A DNA stretch of 64,000 bases from an uncultured bacterium (GTDB lineage Bacteria; Krumholzibacteriota; Krumholzibacteriia; LZORAL124-64-63): NCBI GenBank assembly GCA_963732385.1, contig CAVSZB010000003.1, positions 64,001-128,000 of the forward strand. The letters run 5' to 3'. The translations under genes were made by a program, and so were the position numbers. Under the pieces are notes generated by a model, which did not search any database, was not told the DNA's origin, and saw only the letters and a list, made by a program, of their open reading frames with translations. Shown here piece by piece: positions 20,021-29,478 of this stretch. Position 1 is the first letter of the stretch; every line of letters starts with the position of its first letter.

Positions 20021-21432
20021 CAGGGCGCGTAGTCGACAAACGGCGAGACATTCACGCCGATCGCCTTGTCCGCGATCATGCGGTCGGAAACGATCGCCCG
20101 CGCGGCCGCCTTCGGCAACGGGCCGTCATTGGTCAGGGGCGAAACGGATGGCGGAAGGAAACCGCCCGCCATCGGCACCACATAGGTCGGGCCGTCGCTC
20201 CGGCCCCACCAGTTCAGTTCCGCGTCGAGCAGGCTGTTCGCGAAATTGTTGTAGGTGCCGTACTCGATGTTTCCTGAAAAATCGTTGGCCCGGACCACGC
20301 AGTTGATGGCATTGGATGCGCCGACGAGGGCGTCCTTCCAGACCTCAAGGCCATAGCCGCCGTTCGCGATGCGGTTGCCGGTGATGGTGGCGTTGACCAC
20401 CCCGTCCGTCCAGCCCGGATACCGCGAACCCGCAGAGTAGCCGTAGATGCCGAGCCCCGTGCCGGCATTGTTGTAGAAGTCACAGCCGGTCACGAGCAGG
20501 TCCATGCGGGCGCCGGTGTTCGCCATATCGCCGTATGCGTTCCACGTGTTGTCGTGCCCGCGCAGGCCGCGGAGGATCACCAGCGGTGCGATCGCAGGGC
20601 TGTAACCCCAGCCGTATTGGGCGTGTGACAGGCCCGACTGGCAACCGAAGATCTCGCCGCCCTCCACGGTCACATCGCTGCTCTCGAAAAAGAGGGCGCC
20701 GGTAGACGTCCAATCATCGCCGGTGAACACAACGTTCCCTACGACGCAGTCCGTCAGGGTGCCGCCGGCTCCGTAGCTGATCTGGATGCCGTTCTGGGCG
20801 GTAATGGACGTGGGACCGATCCCGATGGTGGTGACGTTGCTCAAGGCGGCCGTCATGCCGACCCCCGAAAACACCACGCCACCCTTCTGAAATTGATCGA
20901 CGACGATGTTGGTCAGCACGACAACTTCGGTGCCAATGTCGTTGTTATTGCCATAGATGCCGACGCCGTGCTGAGCGCCGCTGAACGGCGTGTCCTGGAC
21001 GCGCACAACCGAGCAGTCGGTCATGCTGCCACTCGACTTCCAGAAGCCGACGCCCTGGAAGCGATAGTTCGCGTCGCCCCGGCCGTTGCCGTCGACTGTG
21101 AGATGGCTCAGGACAACGTTGCCGGTATCGTGGATGTACACGATGGGAAAGTTTTTGTTGGAGCCGGTCATGTAGAAAATCGGAAGCGTCTCCGGCGATT
21201 CGATGATGGTCGCCCCGACGCCAGCGCCGACAAGGGTAACCGGCTTGCTGATCTGCACTTGTTCAGTATAGGTGCCGGATGCGATCTGGATGATGTCGCC
21301 CGTGATCGCCGCTTCAACCGCGCCCTGGATCGTACCGTAGTCGGCCGGAACGTTGATTGTCGCCGCGTCTGCCGCCACCGCGAGGCAGAGGCCGATGAGC
21401 AGCATCGCCACGGATGTCCTGGTGGATCTCAT
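18012..21432 (-). CDS. Large secreted protein B: right-handed beta-helix (pectin lyase-like) + the same cohesin/dockerin/FlgD chassis; one apparent +1 frameshift
   Basis: Joins ORFs 19264..21672 and 18012..19613. Removing one base near 19455 gives 3420 nt (1139 aa). 'VPADYGTIQGAV..GDIIQIASGTYTEQ' and 'DAELNWWG'. Confidence 0.8.
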
Positions 21433-22153
21433 GCTCGTTCCCCCTGATCGAAGATAGAAATCCCACCGCTGCCTGGACTCCGGACGGAACGAAACAGTCT
21501 CGCTGTCTGCGGCGGAGTCCGACTCATGGCGGCGAATTGGCTCGCGACGCATACCTCCCCAGATGCTCGGGCGGCGCTGGTACATGTCAGGACTGGCCGG
21601 CGCGCCAGGGGGCGACAAGCATGGCGCGGCCTGCGCGGAAATGACGACAACGGCTCGTTGACGGGGTACCATGGAGGCACGCGCGCCAGCGGGGCCAAGT
21701 GTCCCCAGGCGAGGCGAGTCGGACGAAATAGGGGGCGAGTAACAGAACCCCGGAGGGCGAATGAGGGGGTCTGGGGCGACTCCTCAAGTCATACCATACA
21801 TGAGGTGGAGATTCAAGAGTAATAATACAACACAATCAAGAGTCATGTTGGCGTGATTTATGTGGTGGGGCGGCGACTCAGGAAATTCCGCGCGGTTCTG
21901 TTCCGCGCTGCCCTATCATCTATAATCCTCCGGCTCGCCCGCCCGGATTCGCTCCCGGTTCACATTTTGCGGCCAGATCATCTGGCGACCGTATCTGTGG
22001 CTGCGCGCGGGTCTTTGCTGGGGCTCGTGGCGAATGAAGCGGGGGGGGTATCCGATGACGAGACATGGGGTGCGTTTCCCGCCGGTTGCCCCGCCGCACG
22101 GTTGCCGCGCCGCGCGGCGGGGGGTACACTACGGGCCGGAACGGGAGGTTTTC

Positions 22154-23926
22154 ATGAAGGCGGTGCTGATGCTGAGCCTGGCGGCGCTGTGCGTCGGGGT
22201 GACGTCGTGCCGCGACGGCCTCGACGAAGACGCGAAATTCGTCGTGCTGGCCGACCGGTGCCTCGATGCCTGGCGGGCGCTCGATCCCGAATGGGCCACC
22301 AGCCTGGGCGACCACCGCTTCGACGCGCAGCTCACCGACCGCAGTCAGGCGGGGGTCGGGCGACGCGCTGCGTTCGCCCGCGCGTATCTCGACTCGCTGA
22401 ACGCGCTCGACGAGACGAAGCTCCTGACCGACAACCGCATCGACCGCCGCATCCTGATGAACAATCTGGAATCGGCCGTCTACGCGGCCGAAACGTTGCG
22501 CGAGCACACCTGGAATCCGCTGGTCTACAACGCGGGCGGCGCTCTGTACGCGCTCGTGGCGCGCGACTTCGCGCCGCTGGCCGACCGCCTGCGGGCCGTG
22601 AAGGGACGCCTCGAGGCGATGCCGGCGGTGACGGAGGCGGCGCGGGCCAATCTCGCGCATCCGCCGCGCATCCATGTGGAGACGGCCATCCTCCAGAACG
22701 ACGGCCTCATGGGACTTGTTTGCAACGAGCTCGAGCCGTTCCTCGAGCAGGAGCCGGCGCTGCGCGAGGAGCTGGCCCCGGCGCGCGCCGCGGCGACCGC
22801 GGCGTTGGAGGCCTACGGACGCTGGTTGCGCGACGACCTCCTGCCGCGCGCCGACGGCGATTTCCGACTCGGCGCCGAACGGTTCGGCCGCAAATTGGCC
22901 TATGCGCTGGAATCGGACCTCATGCCCGAGCAGATCCTGGAAAGCGCCAAGCGCGATCTCGACGCCACGCAGACGGAGATGGTCGAGCTGGCGCATTCCC
23001 TATACGCGAAGCAATTCCCCGGCGCCGCCAACCATCGCGCGCCGCAAGACAAGGACCTGGTGCGCGCGGTGCTGGGGCGGCTGGCGCAGGAGCACCAGGC
23101 CAACGACACGATCGTGGCGAAGGCCGAGGCGGACCTCGCCGCCTGCACGGCGTTCGTGCGCGAGCACGACCTGATGACCCTGCCGGACGAGCCGATCCGC
23201 ATCATTGTCATGCCGGAATTCCAGCGCGGCGTGGCGGTGGCCTTCTGCGAGGCGTCGGGCCCGCTGGAGGCGCGGCAGCAGACATTCTACTCCATCTCGC
23301 CCGCGCCGCCCGGCTGGACCCCCGAGCGGGCGGAGTCGTTCTACCGCGAGTACAACGACCACATGCTGCAGATCCTGACCATCCACGAGGCGATGCCGGG
23401 CCACTATCTGCAGGGCATGCGCGCGAACCGTTTCCGCGCCCCGACGCTCACCCGCGCGATCTTCGCCAACGGCCCCTTCGTCGAGGGGTGGGCCACCTAC
23501 GCCGAGCAGCTGATGACGGGCGAAGGGTACGGAGGATCGGCCGTGCGGATGCAGCAGCTCAAGATGCGGCTGCGCCTGATCATCAACGCCATGCTCGACC
23601 AGGGGGTCCACGTGCACGGCATGAGCGAGCAGCAGGCGATGGACCTGATGATGACCGAGGGGTTCCAGGAGGAGGGGGAGGCGGCCGGCAAGTGGCGTCG
23701 CGCCTGCCTCACCTCCGCGCAGTTGTCGACCTACTACGTGGGCAACCTCGAGATCAACCGCCTGCGCGACGACTATGCCACGCGCCACGGCGGTCTGCAT
23801 TTCGGACAGACGCGGGTATTCCACGACCAGGTGCTCTCCTTCGGCGCTCCGGCGCCGAAATACGTGTCGGAGTTGATGGGTATGGGGCCTCCAGGGCCGT
23901 GGCGGCCGGGAAGGTGGCGGACATGA
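22154..23926 (+). CDS. DUF885-family lipoprotein (putative metallopeptidase)
   Basis: Lipobox 'VTSC', 'HEAMPGHYLQ', 'EGWATYAE', 'QLSTYYVG'; GGAGG RBS. Confidence 0.9.
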   Translation: MKAVLMLSLAALCVGVTSCRDGLDEDAKFVVLADRCLDAWRALDPEWATSLGDHRFDAQLTDRSQAGVGRRAAFARAYLDSLNALDETKLLTDNRIDRRILMNNLESAVYAAETLREHTWNPLVYNAGGALYALVARDFAPLADRLRAVKGRLEAMPAVTEAARANLAHPPRIHVETAILQNDGLMGLVCNELEPFLEQEPALREELAPARAAATAALEAYGRWLRDDLLPRADGDFRLGAERFGRKLAYALESDLMPEQILESAKRDLDATQTEMVELAHSLYAKQFPGAANHRAPQDKDLVRAVLGRLAQEHQANDTIVAKAEADLAACTAFVREHDLMTLPDEPIRIIVMPEFQRGVAVAFCEASGPLEARQQTFYSISPAPPGWTPERAESFYREYNDHMLQILTIHEAMPGHYLQGMRANRFRAPTLTRAIFANGPFVEGWATYAEQLMTGEGYGGSAVRMQQLKMRLRLIINAMLDQGVHVHGMSEQQAMDLMMTEGFQEEGEAAGKWRRACLTSAQLSTYYVGNLEINRLRDDYATRHGGLHFGQTRVFHDQVLSFGAPAPKYVSELMGMGPPGPWRPGRWRT

Positions 23927-24396
23927 AGGGTGACAGGAAGGTACTGGCCACGCTCAACAAGCTGCTGGCCGACGAACTGACGGCGATCAACCAGTACATG
24001 GTGCATTCCGAGATGTGCGCGAACTGGAGCTACGATCGCCTGCACCAGCGCCTCGAGAAGCGCGCCATCGACGAGATGAAACACGCCGAGAAGCTGATCG
24101 CGCGCATCCTCTTCCTCGAGGGAGTGCCGGTGGTGAGCAAGCTCAACCCGATCCACATCGGCGCCGACGTGCACCGGCAGTTCATGGCCGACGCGAAGTC
24201 GGAGCAGGGGGCCATCGGAATGTACAACGCGGCCATCGCCGAGGCGGGCGCCGCGGGGGACAACGGCACGCGCGAGATGCTCGAGGACATCCTCAAGGAC
24301 GAGGAGGATCACATCGACTGGCTCGAGGCCCAGCTCGACCAGATCGGTCAGATGAAGATCGAGAACTACCTGGCGGAGCAGGTCCGGGGGGCCTGA
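23923..24396 (+). CDS. bfr: Bacterioferritin
   Basis: 'MKGDRKV..LN..LADELTAINQY', 'DEMKHAE', 'DEEDHIDWLE'; ATGA overlap with the upstream gene. Confidence 0.95.
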   Translation: MKGDRKVLATLNKLLADELTAINQYMVHSEMCANWSYDRLHQRLEKRAIDEMKHAEKLIARILFLEGVPVVSKLNPIHIGADVHRQFMADAKSEQGAIGMYNAAIAEAGAAGDNGTREMLEDILKDEEDHIDWLEAQLDQIGQMKIENYLAEQVRGA

Positions 24397-24398
24397 GC

Positions 24399-25367
24399 TC
24401 AGGACCTTTCGCGGGGTGCGCGGGGGCGCGTCGCGGTCGGACGGCGCGCCCCTTTTCTGCGTGGCGCCGGCTGGCACCGGGGGCAGAAATGGCTCGATCG
24501 CCCCGCCACCACAAGGCGCGCCAAGGTTTCGCCGCAGTCGCGGCACGGCGCTCCGTCGCGCTGGTACACCCTCAGCTTGCGCCGGAAGTTGCCCGGCTGT
24601 CCGCGGAAGTCGACGAAGTTGAGGTAGGTCGTGCCGCCGTGGCGGATGGCGAGCCGCATGACGGCGCGCGCGGCGTTGAAGATCCGCCGCAGGTCGGGGT
24701 CCGCCAGCGAGGCGGTCGGCATGAGCGGATGCACGCGCGCCCGGAAAAGCGCCTCATCGGCGTAGATGTTGCCGATCCCTGCAGCCACCCCCTGATCGAG
24801 CAACACCGCCTTGATCGGCGCGCGCCGCCCCTTCGCCCGCTCACGCCAGGCGGCGAAGCCGATCTCCAGCATGTCCGGTCCGACGTGCGGCGGGGCGACG
24901 GCGAACGACCCGTCCGCGCCCGCCTCCACGAGCGTGAGCCGCCCGAACTTGCGGATGTCGCGGTAGTAGACCGGCAGGCCTTCGAAATCGAAAACGAGGT
25001 GGGTGTGCCGGTCGGGGATGTAGGTCGGGTCCACGAAGATCTGGCCCGTCATGCGCAGGTGCAGGCACACCGCGCGGCGGTAGCCGCGCTCAATTGTGAC
25101 CGGGTGCGCCGATACGTCCCCCCCCCCGATCCCCGCGCACCCCGCGCCCGTTTCCCCGCACCGCTCCCCCTCCCCAAACTCCAGCAGCAAGTACTTACCC
25201 TGCCTTCGCACCTTCACCAACACCCAGCCCACGAGCGCGTTTTCAACCGCCTCCGCGCTCGGCTCGAGCACCCCCGCGAACCGCACCTCCATCCCCGTCA
25301 GTCGCCGCCCCACCAGGCACTCCCGCAGCGCCAGCGCGACGTTCTCAACTTCCGGCAGTTCCGGCAT
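24399..25367 (-). CDS. mutM: Formamidopyrimidine-DNA glycosylase (Fpg)
   Basis: 'MPELPEVE', 'GKYL', 'HLRMTG', 'DIRKFG', 'GIGNIYADE', C4 zinc finger. Confidence 0.95.
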   Translation of the reverse strand: MPELPEVENVALALRECLVGRRLTGMEVRFAGVLEPSAEAVENALVGWVLVKVRRQGKYLLLEFGEGERCGETGAGCAGIGGGDVSAHPVTIERGYRRAVCLHLRMTGQIFVDPTYIPDRHTHLVFDFEGLPVYYRDIRKFGRLTLVEAGADGSFAVAPPHVGPDMLEIGFAAWRERAKGRRAPIKAVLLDQGVAAGIGNIYADEALFRARVHPLMPTASLADPDLRRIFNAARAVMRLAIRHGGTTYLNFVDFRGQPGNFRRKLRVYQRDGAPCRDCGETLARLVVAGRSSHFCPRCQPAPRRKGARRPTATRPRAPRERS

Positions 25368-26230
25368 CAGAACCCGCGCTCCTTGCGCACCTGCGCGTAC
25401 GCGTCGTTGATCGCCTGCATCTTCTGGCCCGCGAATTTAGTGAAGTCCTCGGAGAGATCGCGCGAGGCGAGCGTGTCGGGGTGGTACTCCTTGGCGAGTC
25501 GACGATAGCTGCGCTTGATCTCGTTTTCGGTAGCGCCGCGGTCCACTTCGAGCAGAGCATAGGCGGCGCCGACGTCGAAGCGGGCGAACAGCGCGCTCGC
25601 CTGTTCGTAGTCGCGCGCCGAGAGGCCGAGCTGTCCGGCGATCTCGCGCAGCAGCTTCTCCTCCGACGGGTCGCAGCGTCCGTCGGCCCAGGCGATGCGC
25701 ATGAGCAGGGCGAGCAGGTCGCGCAGGCGGTCGGGGCGGTGTCCGAACAGGGCGCGGATCTGCGCTGTGTAGGCGGACGTGGGAGTGGCTGCATCGCGCG
25801 CGTTGTTGAAGACGCGCGCGGCCGTGCGGCGCTCCTCGGTGGTCATGCCGAGGTCGCGCGCGAGGAATTCATCGAAGACGCGGATTTCCGGCTCGGACAC
25901 GCGGCCGTCCGCCCTGGCCACGCGCGCCGCGAGACTGATGAGCGCGAGCATGAACGCCGTCTGCGCCATGCCCTGCTCGAGCGGGTCGCCGGCTCGGGCG
26001 CGCAGGTCCGCCCCGCAACGACCGCACGCGAGCGGGCGCCCTTGCTCGATGCTCACCGGCGCCCCGCACCGCGGACAGCGTCCGTACAGCCGCCCGCGCG
26101 GCGGCGCGCCGAGCTGCTGCGGGGTCGGATCCTCCACCCGCGACCCGATGGCGCCGCCTAGCAGCGCCCCGAGCGGTCCGCCGAGGACGAAGCCGATCGT
26201 CCCCCCGATCATCGTGCCCAGAATTCCCAC
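25367..26230 (-). CDS. djlA: DjlA-like co-chaperone (TM + zinc ribbon + TerB + J domain)
   Basis: 'GGPLGALLG' anchor, CPRC/CGRC, 'ADGRVSEPE', J-domain 'YHPD'. GTG start inferred. Confidence 0.82.
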   Translation of the reverse strand: MGILGTMIGGTIGFVLGGPLGALLGGAIGSRVEDPTPQQLGAPPRGRLYGRCPRCGAPVSIEQGRPLACGRCGADLRARAGDPLEQGMAQTAFMLALISLAARVARADGRVSEPEIRVFDEFLARDLGMTTEERRTAARVFNNARDAATPTSAYTAQIRALFGHRPDRLRDLLALLMRIAWADGRCDPSEEKLLREIAGQLGLSARDYEQASALFARFDVGAAYALLEVDRGATENEIKRSYRRLAKEYHPDTLASRDLSEDFTKFAGQKMQAINDAYAQVRKERGF

Positions 26231-26429
26231 GCCACGCTCCCGGCTCACGACCGCCCCGGCCGCGCAAGACGCTGAAAGATAGCCGCGGGCCGTCGTACGG
26301 GCCAACCGCGACCGGCCCTGTACCCCGGCCCCGGCGCCACTATTGCCTGTCGCCGGCAATCGCCTACAATGAAGGAACTTCCGCGTGAGCCGCCCGTGTC
26401 GCGCACTTTCCGGGAAAGGGTTGGGCCGC

Positions 26430-27707
26430 ATGGATGTCGAAACCGCGATTCGCAGCCGCCGCGCGATCAAGGCATTCGACCCGTCGCACCGCATCGACGA
26501 GCGCGAAACGGCGAAGCTGGTCGAACTGGCCACGCTCTCCCCGACCGCCTTCAACCTCCAGCACTGGCGCTTCGTCGTCGTACGGGACCCGCTGGTGCGC
26601 TTCCAGCTCCGCCAGGCCGCCTACGATCAGCCCCAGGTGACCGACGCGTCGCTGCTGATCGTCCTCTGCGCCGATGTGAAGGCGTGGGACCGCGACCCGG
26701 AGCGCTGCTGGCGCAATGTCGAACCCTCCGTGCGCGACCGGATGGCGGGCACGATCCGGCGCTTCTACGCGCCCGACGCCCAGCTCCAGCGCGACGAGGC
26801 GATGCGCTCCTGCGGCCTGGCCGCGCAGACCCTCATGCTCGCCGCGACCGCGCTCGGCCACGGCTCCTGCCCGATGGACGGCTTCGACTTCGCCGCGGTG
26901 GCGCGCATTCTCAACCTGCCCCCCGACCACCTCGTGAGCATGTTCGTGGCGATCGGGCGCACGCTCGAGCCGGCCGGCCCGCGGCCAGGTGCGATCCCGA
27001 CGGCGGAGCTCACGGTGGTGGACCGCTTCGCAACCGTCGACCGCGCCGCCGAACGCCACGCCATGGTCGAGGAGCTCGCCCGCGACGACCGCTCCGCATC
27101 CGCCGGACCGGGCTGCCCCGCGCTCTCCTCCGCCGTGCTCGAAGCCCTGGCCCGCACCCCCCGCCACTGCTTCGTCCCCGCCGACCAGCAGTCCGCGGCC
27201 TACGCCAACCGTCCCCTGCCCATCGGCCACGGCCAGACGATCAGCCAGCCCTACATCGTGGCCCTGATGACCGAGCTGCTGGAGACGTCGCCCGGCGACA
27301 CGGTGTTGGAGGTGGGGACGGGCTCGGGCTATCAGGCGGCGGTGCTGGCGGAGATGGGCGTGACGGTGCACAGCATGGAGATCGTGGCGCCCCTGGCCCG
27401 TCGCGCCCGCCGCGACCTGGCCGCCGCCGGCTACACCGGCCGCATCACCGTGTACGAGGGCGATGGTTACGCCGGCCTGCCCGATCTGGCGCCCTTCGCT
27501 GGCGTGATCGTTACCGCGGCGCCCGACCACGTGCCCGTGCCCCTGATCGAGCAGCTGAAGCGGGGCGGCCGCCTGGTGATCCCGGTGGGGTCGACCGGGC
27601 ACGACCAGGAACTGATGCTGGCGGTGAAGGGGGAGGACGGCGTGGTGCGCAGCAATCGGGTGGTGGGGGTGCGGTTCGTGCCGCTGACGAGGGATGAGGA
27701 TCGGTGA
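26430..27707 (+). CDS. Nitroreductase / protein-L-isoaspartate O-methyltransferase fusion
   Basis: N-half 'RRAIKAF', 'SPTAFNLQHWRF', 'CPMDGFD'; C-half 'GQTISQPY', 'LEVGTGSGYQAA', 'GGRLVIPVG', 'VRFVPL'. No stop between the halves. Confidence 0.88.
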   Translation: MDVETAIRSRRAIKAFDPSHRIDERETAKLVELATLSPTAFNLQHWRFVVVRDPLVRFQLRQAAYDQPQVTDASLLIVLCADVKAWDRDPERCWRNVEPSVRDRMAGTIRRFYAPDAQLQRDEAMRSCGLAAQTLMLAATALGHGSCPMDGFDFAAVARILNLPPDHLVSMFVAIGRTLEPAGPRPGAIPTAELTVVDRFATVDRAAERHAMVEELARDDRSASAGPGCPALSSAVLEALARTPRHCFVPADQQSAAYANRPLPIGHGQTISQPYIVALMTELLETSPGDTVLEVGTGSGYQAAVLAEMGVTVHSMEIVAPLARRARRDLAAAGYTGRITVYEGDGYAGLPDLAPFAGVIVTAAPDHVPVPLIEQLKRGGRLVIPVGSTGHDQELMLAVKGEDGVVRSNRVVGVRFVPLTRDEDR

Positions 27708-27736
27708 TCGACCCGGGTGCTGACTGACAAATGTCC

Positions 27737-28207
27737 TCAGGAACGCCGCGACCTGCGGCGTCGCAGCGGCGCCGGACGCGTCGCGGGGCGGTACCCCGCG
27801 CCGATCAGGTAGAGCGCGCCGACCACGGCGGAGAAGGCCGAGAAGGCGAATGCGCGCGCCGGCACGGCGCCGCCGCGCAGTACGACGGCCAGATCAACCA
27901 GCAACAGCAGCCCGCGCAACGCGTAGATCGCGCCGATGCCCAGCAGCACGGGCCGCGCCCGCGACAGGCGGCGCAGCACGCCCGCGCCCGACAGCGCGTA
28001 CAGCGCCCACGCAGTGAACACCAGTGCCAGGGCCAACGTGAGAGCCGTCGGCAGGACGACCTCGCCCCGCTCCATCCGCGCCGCGAGCGTCGGCGCCCCG
28101 AAGTAGCGGTACCAGGCCGCGCCTCCGAATGCCGTTCCTATGTGCACGGCGGCGACGAGGCCGCTGCAGGCCGCCGCGAAAAGGAGAGCCGTCCGCGTTC
28201 GCGCCAT
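27737..28207 (-). CDS. Hypothetical 4-TM membrane protein
   Basis: 'HIGTAFGGAAWYRYFGA', 'YALSGAG', 'IYALRG' and hydrophobic helices. Confidence 0.75.
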   Translation of the reverse strand: MARTRTALLFAAACSGLVAAVHIGTAFGGAAWYRYFGAPTLAARMERGEVVLPTALTLALALVFTAWALYALSGAGVLRRLSRARPVLLGIGAIYALRGLLLLVDLAVVLRGGAVPARAFAFSAFSAVVGALYLIGAGYRPATRPAPLRRRRSRRS

Positions 28208-28473
28208 TCCATACCCCATTCTGCCGCCCGGGCCCACGCTGAAACCGCCCGCGCTCGAAGCGCCGTCCGATATCCGTCCGACCAGGCGGATCATAGCGCA
28301 CGCATTCGTGGCCGGCGACCGGTTCCGCGCGCCGGCGCCAGGGAGCTCGGCCCCCGGCCTGCTCGAGATTGGGGCTCTTCCGCCCCCTGTTCTCCTGATC
28401 GCATAAAGCCACAACAATAGTCCTGATTTGGCGGCCGCCGCGGTGCCCGCCGCCTCCCGTCGTCGGCCGGTCC

Positions 28474-28500
28474 TAAAGAGCAAGGGCTCACAGACGATAA
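28474..28500 (+). promoter_or_regulatory. Putative sigma-28 (FliA) promoter of motAB
   Basis: TAAA-N15-GACGATAA, one mismatch to TAAA-N15-GCCGATAA. Confidence 0.65.
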
Positions 28501-28565
28501 GAAGGTCCGGAACGTACGCTGCGGATTTCTCCCGCGGTTTGGCGTCTCTAACAGACGGTGTCGCC

Positions 28566-29423
28566 ATGTTTACCGTGATTGGTATTTTGTTCGCCTTCGG
28601 ATGCGTGCTTGGCGGTTTCATCATGGAGGGCGGCAAGCCGCTCGCTTTGTACATTCCCGCCGAGTACATCATCATCGCCGGCTGCTCGCTGGGGACGCTC
28701 GTGGCGATGGCGCCGCCGCGCGTGCTCAAGCGCATGGGCGCTCTGTTCGGCACCATGATCAAGGGGGACAAGAGCAGCAAGGTGAAGTACCTGGAGCTGC
28801 TCACCATGCTCTACGAGTTCTTCCAGATCGCCAAGAAAGATGGCCTGGTCGGACTCGAGCCTCACGTGGAAGAACCCGATCAGAGCGCGATCTTCAGCAA
28901 GTACCCGACGTTTCTCGCGGATCACCACGCCGTGTCGTTCCTGTGCGACACGGTGAAGATCATCATCACCGCCGGCGTGCCGCCGCACGATCTCGAAATG
29001 CTCATGGAGGCCGACATCGACACCCGCCACGCCGAAGAGGCGGCGCCGGTGGCCATCCTGCAGAAGGTCGGCGACGCCCTGCCGGGCCTGGGCATCGTGG
29101 CCGCCGTGCTCGGCATCGTGATCACGATGGGCTTCATCGACGGTCCGCCCGCGGAAATCGGCGAAAAAGTGGCCGCGGCGCTGGTCGGAACCTTCCTCGG
29201 ACTATTGCTTTCCTACGGAATGGTGCAGCCGATGGCGACCAATATCGAACTCGTGGGCCAGGCCGAGATGCGCTACTTCCACGTCATGAAGGCGGCGCTC
29301 GTGGCGTTCTGGAAGCACATGCCGGCGATGGTTGCGGTGGAGTTCGCCCGACGCACCATCGACACAGACCTGCGGCCGACGTTCAAGGAGCTGGAAGAGG
29401 CCTGCCGTCCCAGCAAGGGTTGA
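28566..29423 (+). CDS. motA: Flagellar motor stator protein MotA
   Basis: 'PAEYIII', 'DGLVGLEPHVE', 'LPGLGIVAAVLG', 'ALVGTFLG', 'AVEFARR', 'RPTF'. Confidence 0.95.
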   Translation: MFTVIGILFAFGCVLGGFIMEGGKPLALYIPAEYIIIAGCSLGTLVAMAPPRVLKRMGALFGTMIKGDKSSKVKYLELLTMLYEFFQIAKKDGLVGLEPHVEEPDQSAIFSKYPTFLADHHAVSFLCDTVKIIITAGVPPHDLEMLMEADIDTRHAEEAAPVAILQKVGDALPGLGIVAAVLGIVITMGFIDGPPAEIGEKVAAALVGTFLGLLLSYGMVQPMATNIELVGQAEMRYFHVMKAALVAFWKHMPAMVAVEFARRTIDTDLRPTFKELEEACRPSKG

Positions 29424-29478
29424 CGGGCGAACAGGGCACGGCTGACCACGGGCGCGCGGCGCCGGATGGGCAATAGTC

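Noticed and set aside
21853..24396. 847-aa ORF ending in bacterioferritin (apparent fusion)
   Set aside because: The upstream part is an off-frame read of the DUF885 gene; bfr has its own ATG at 23923.
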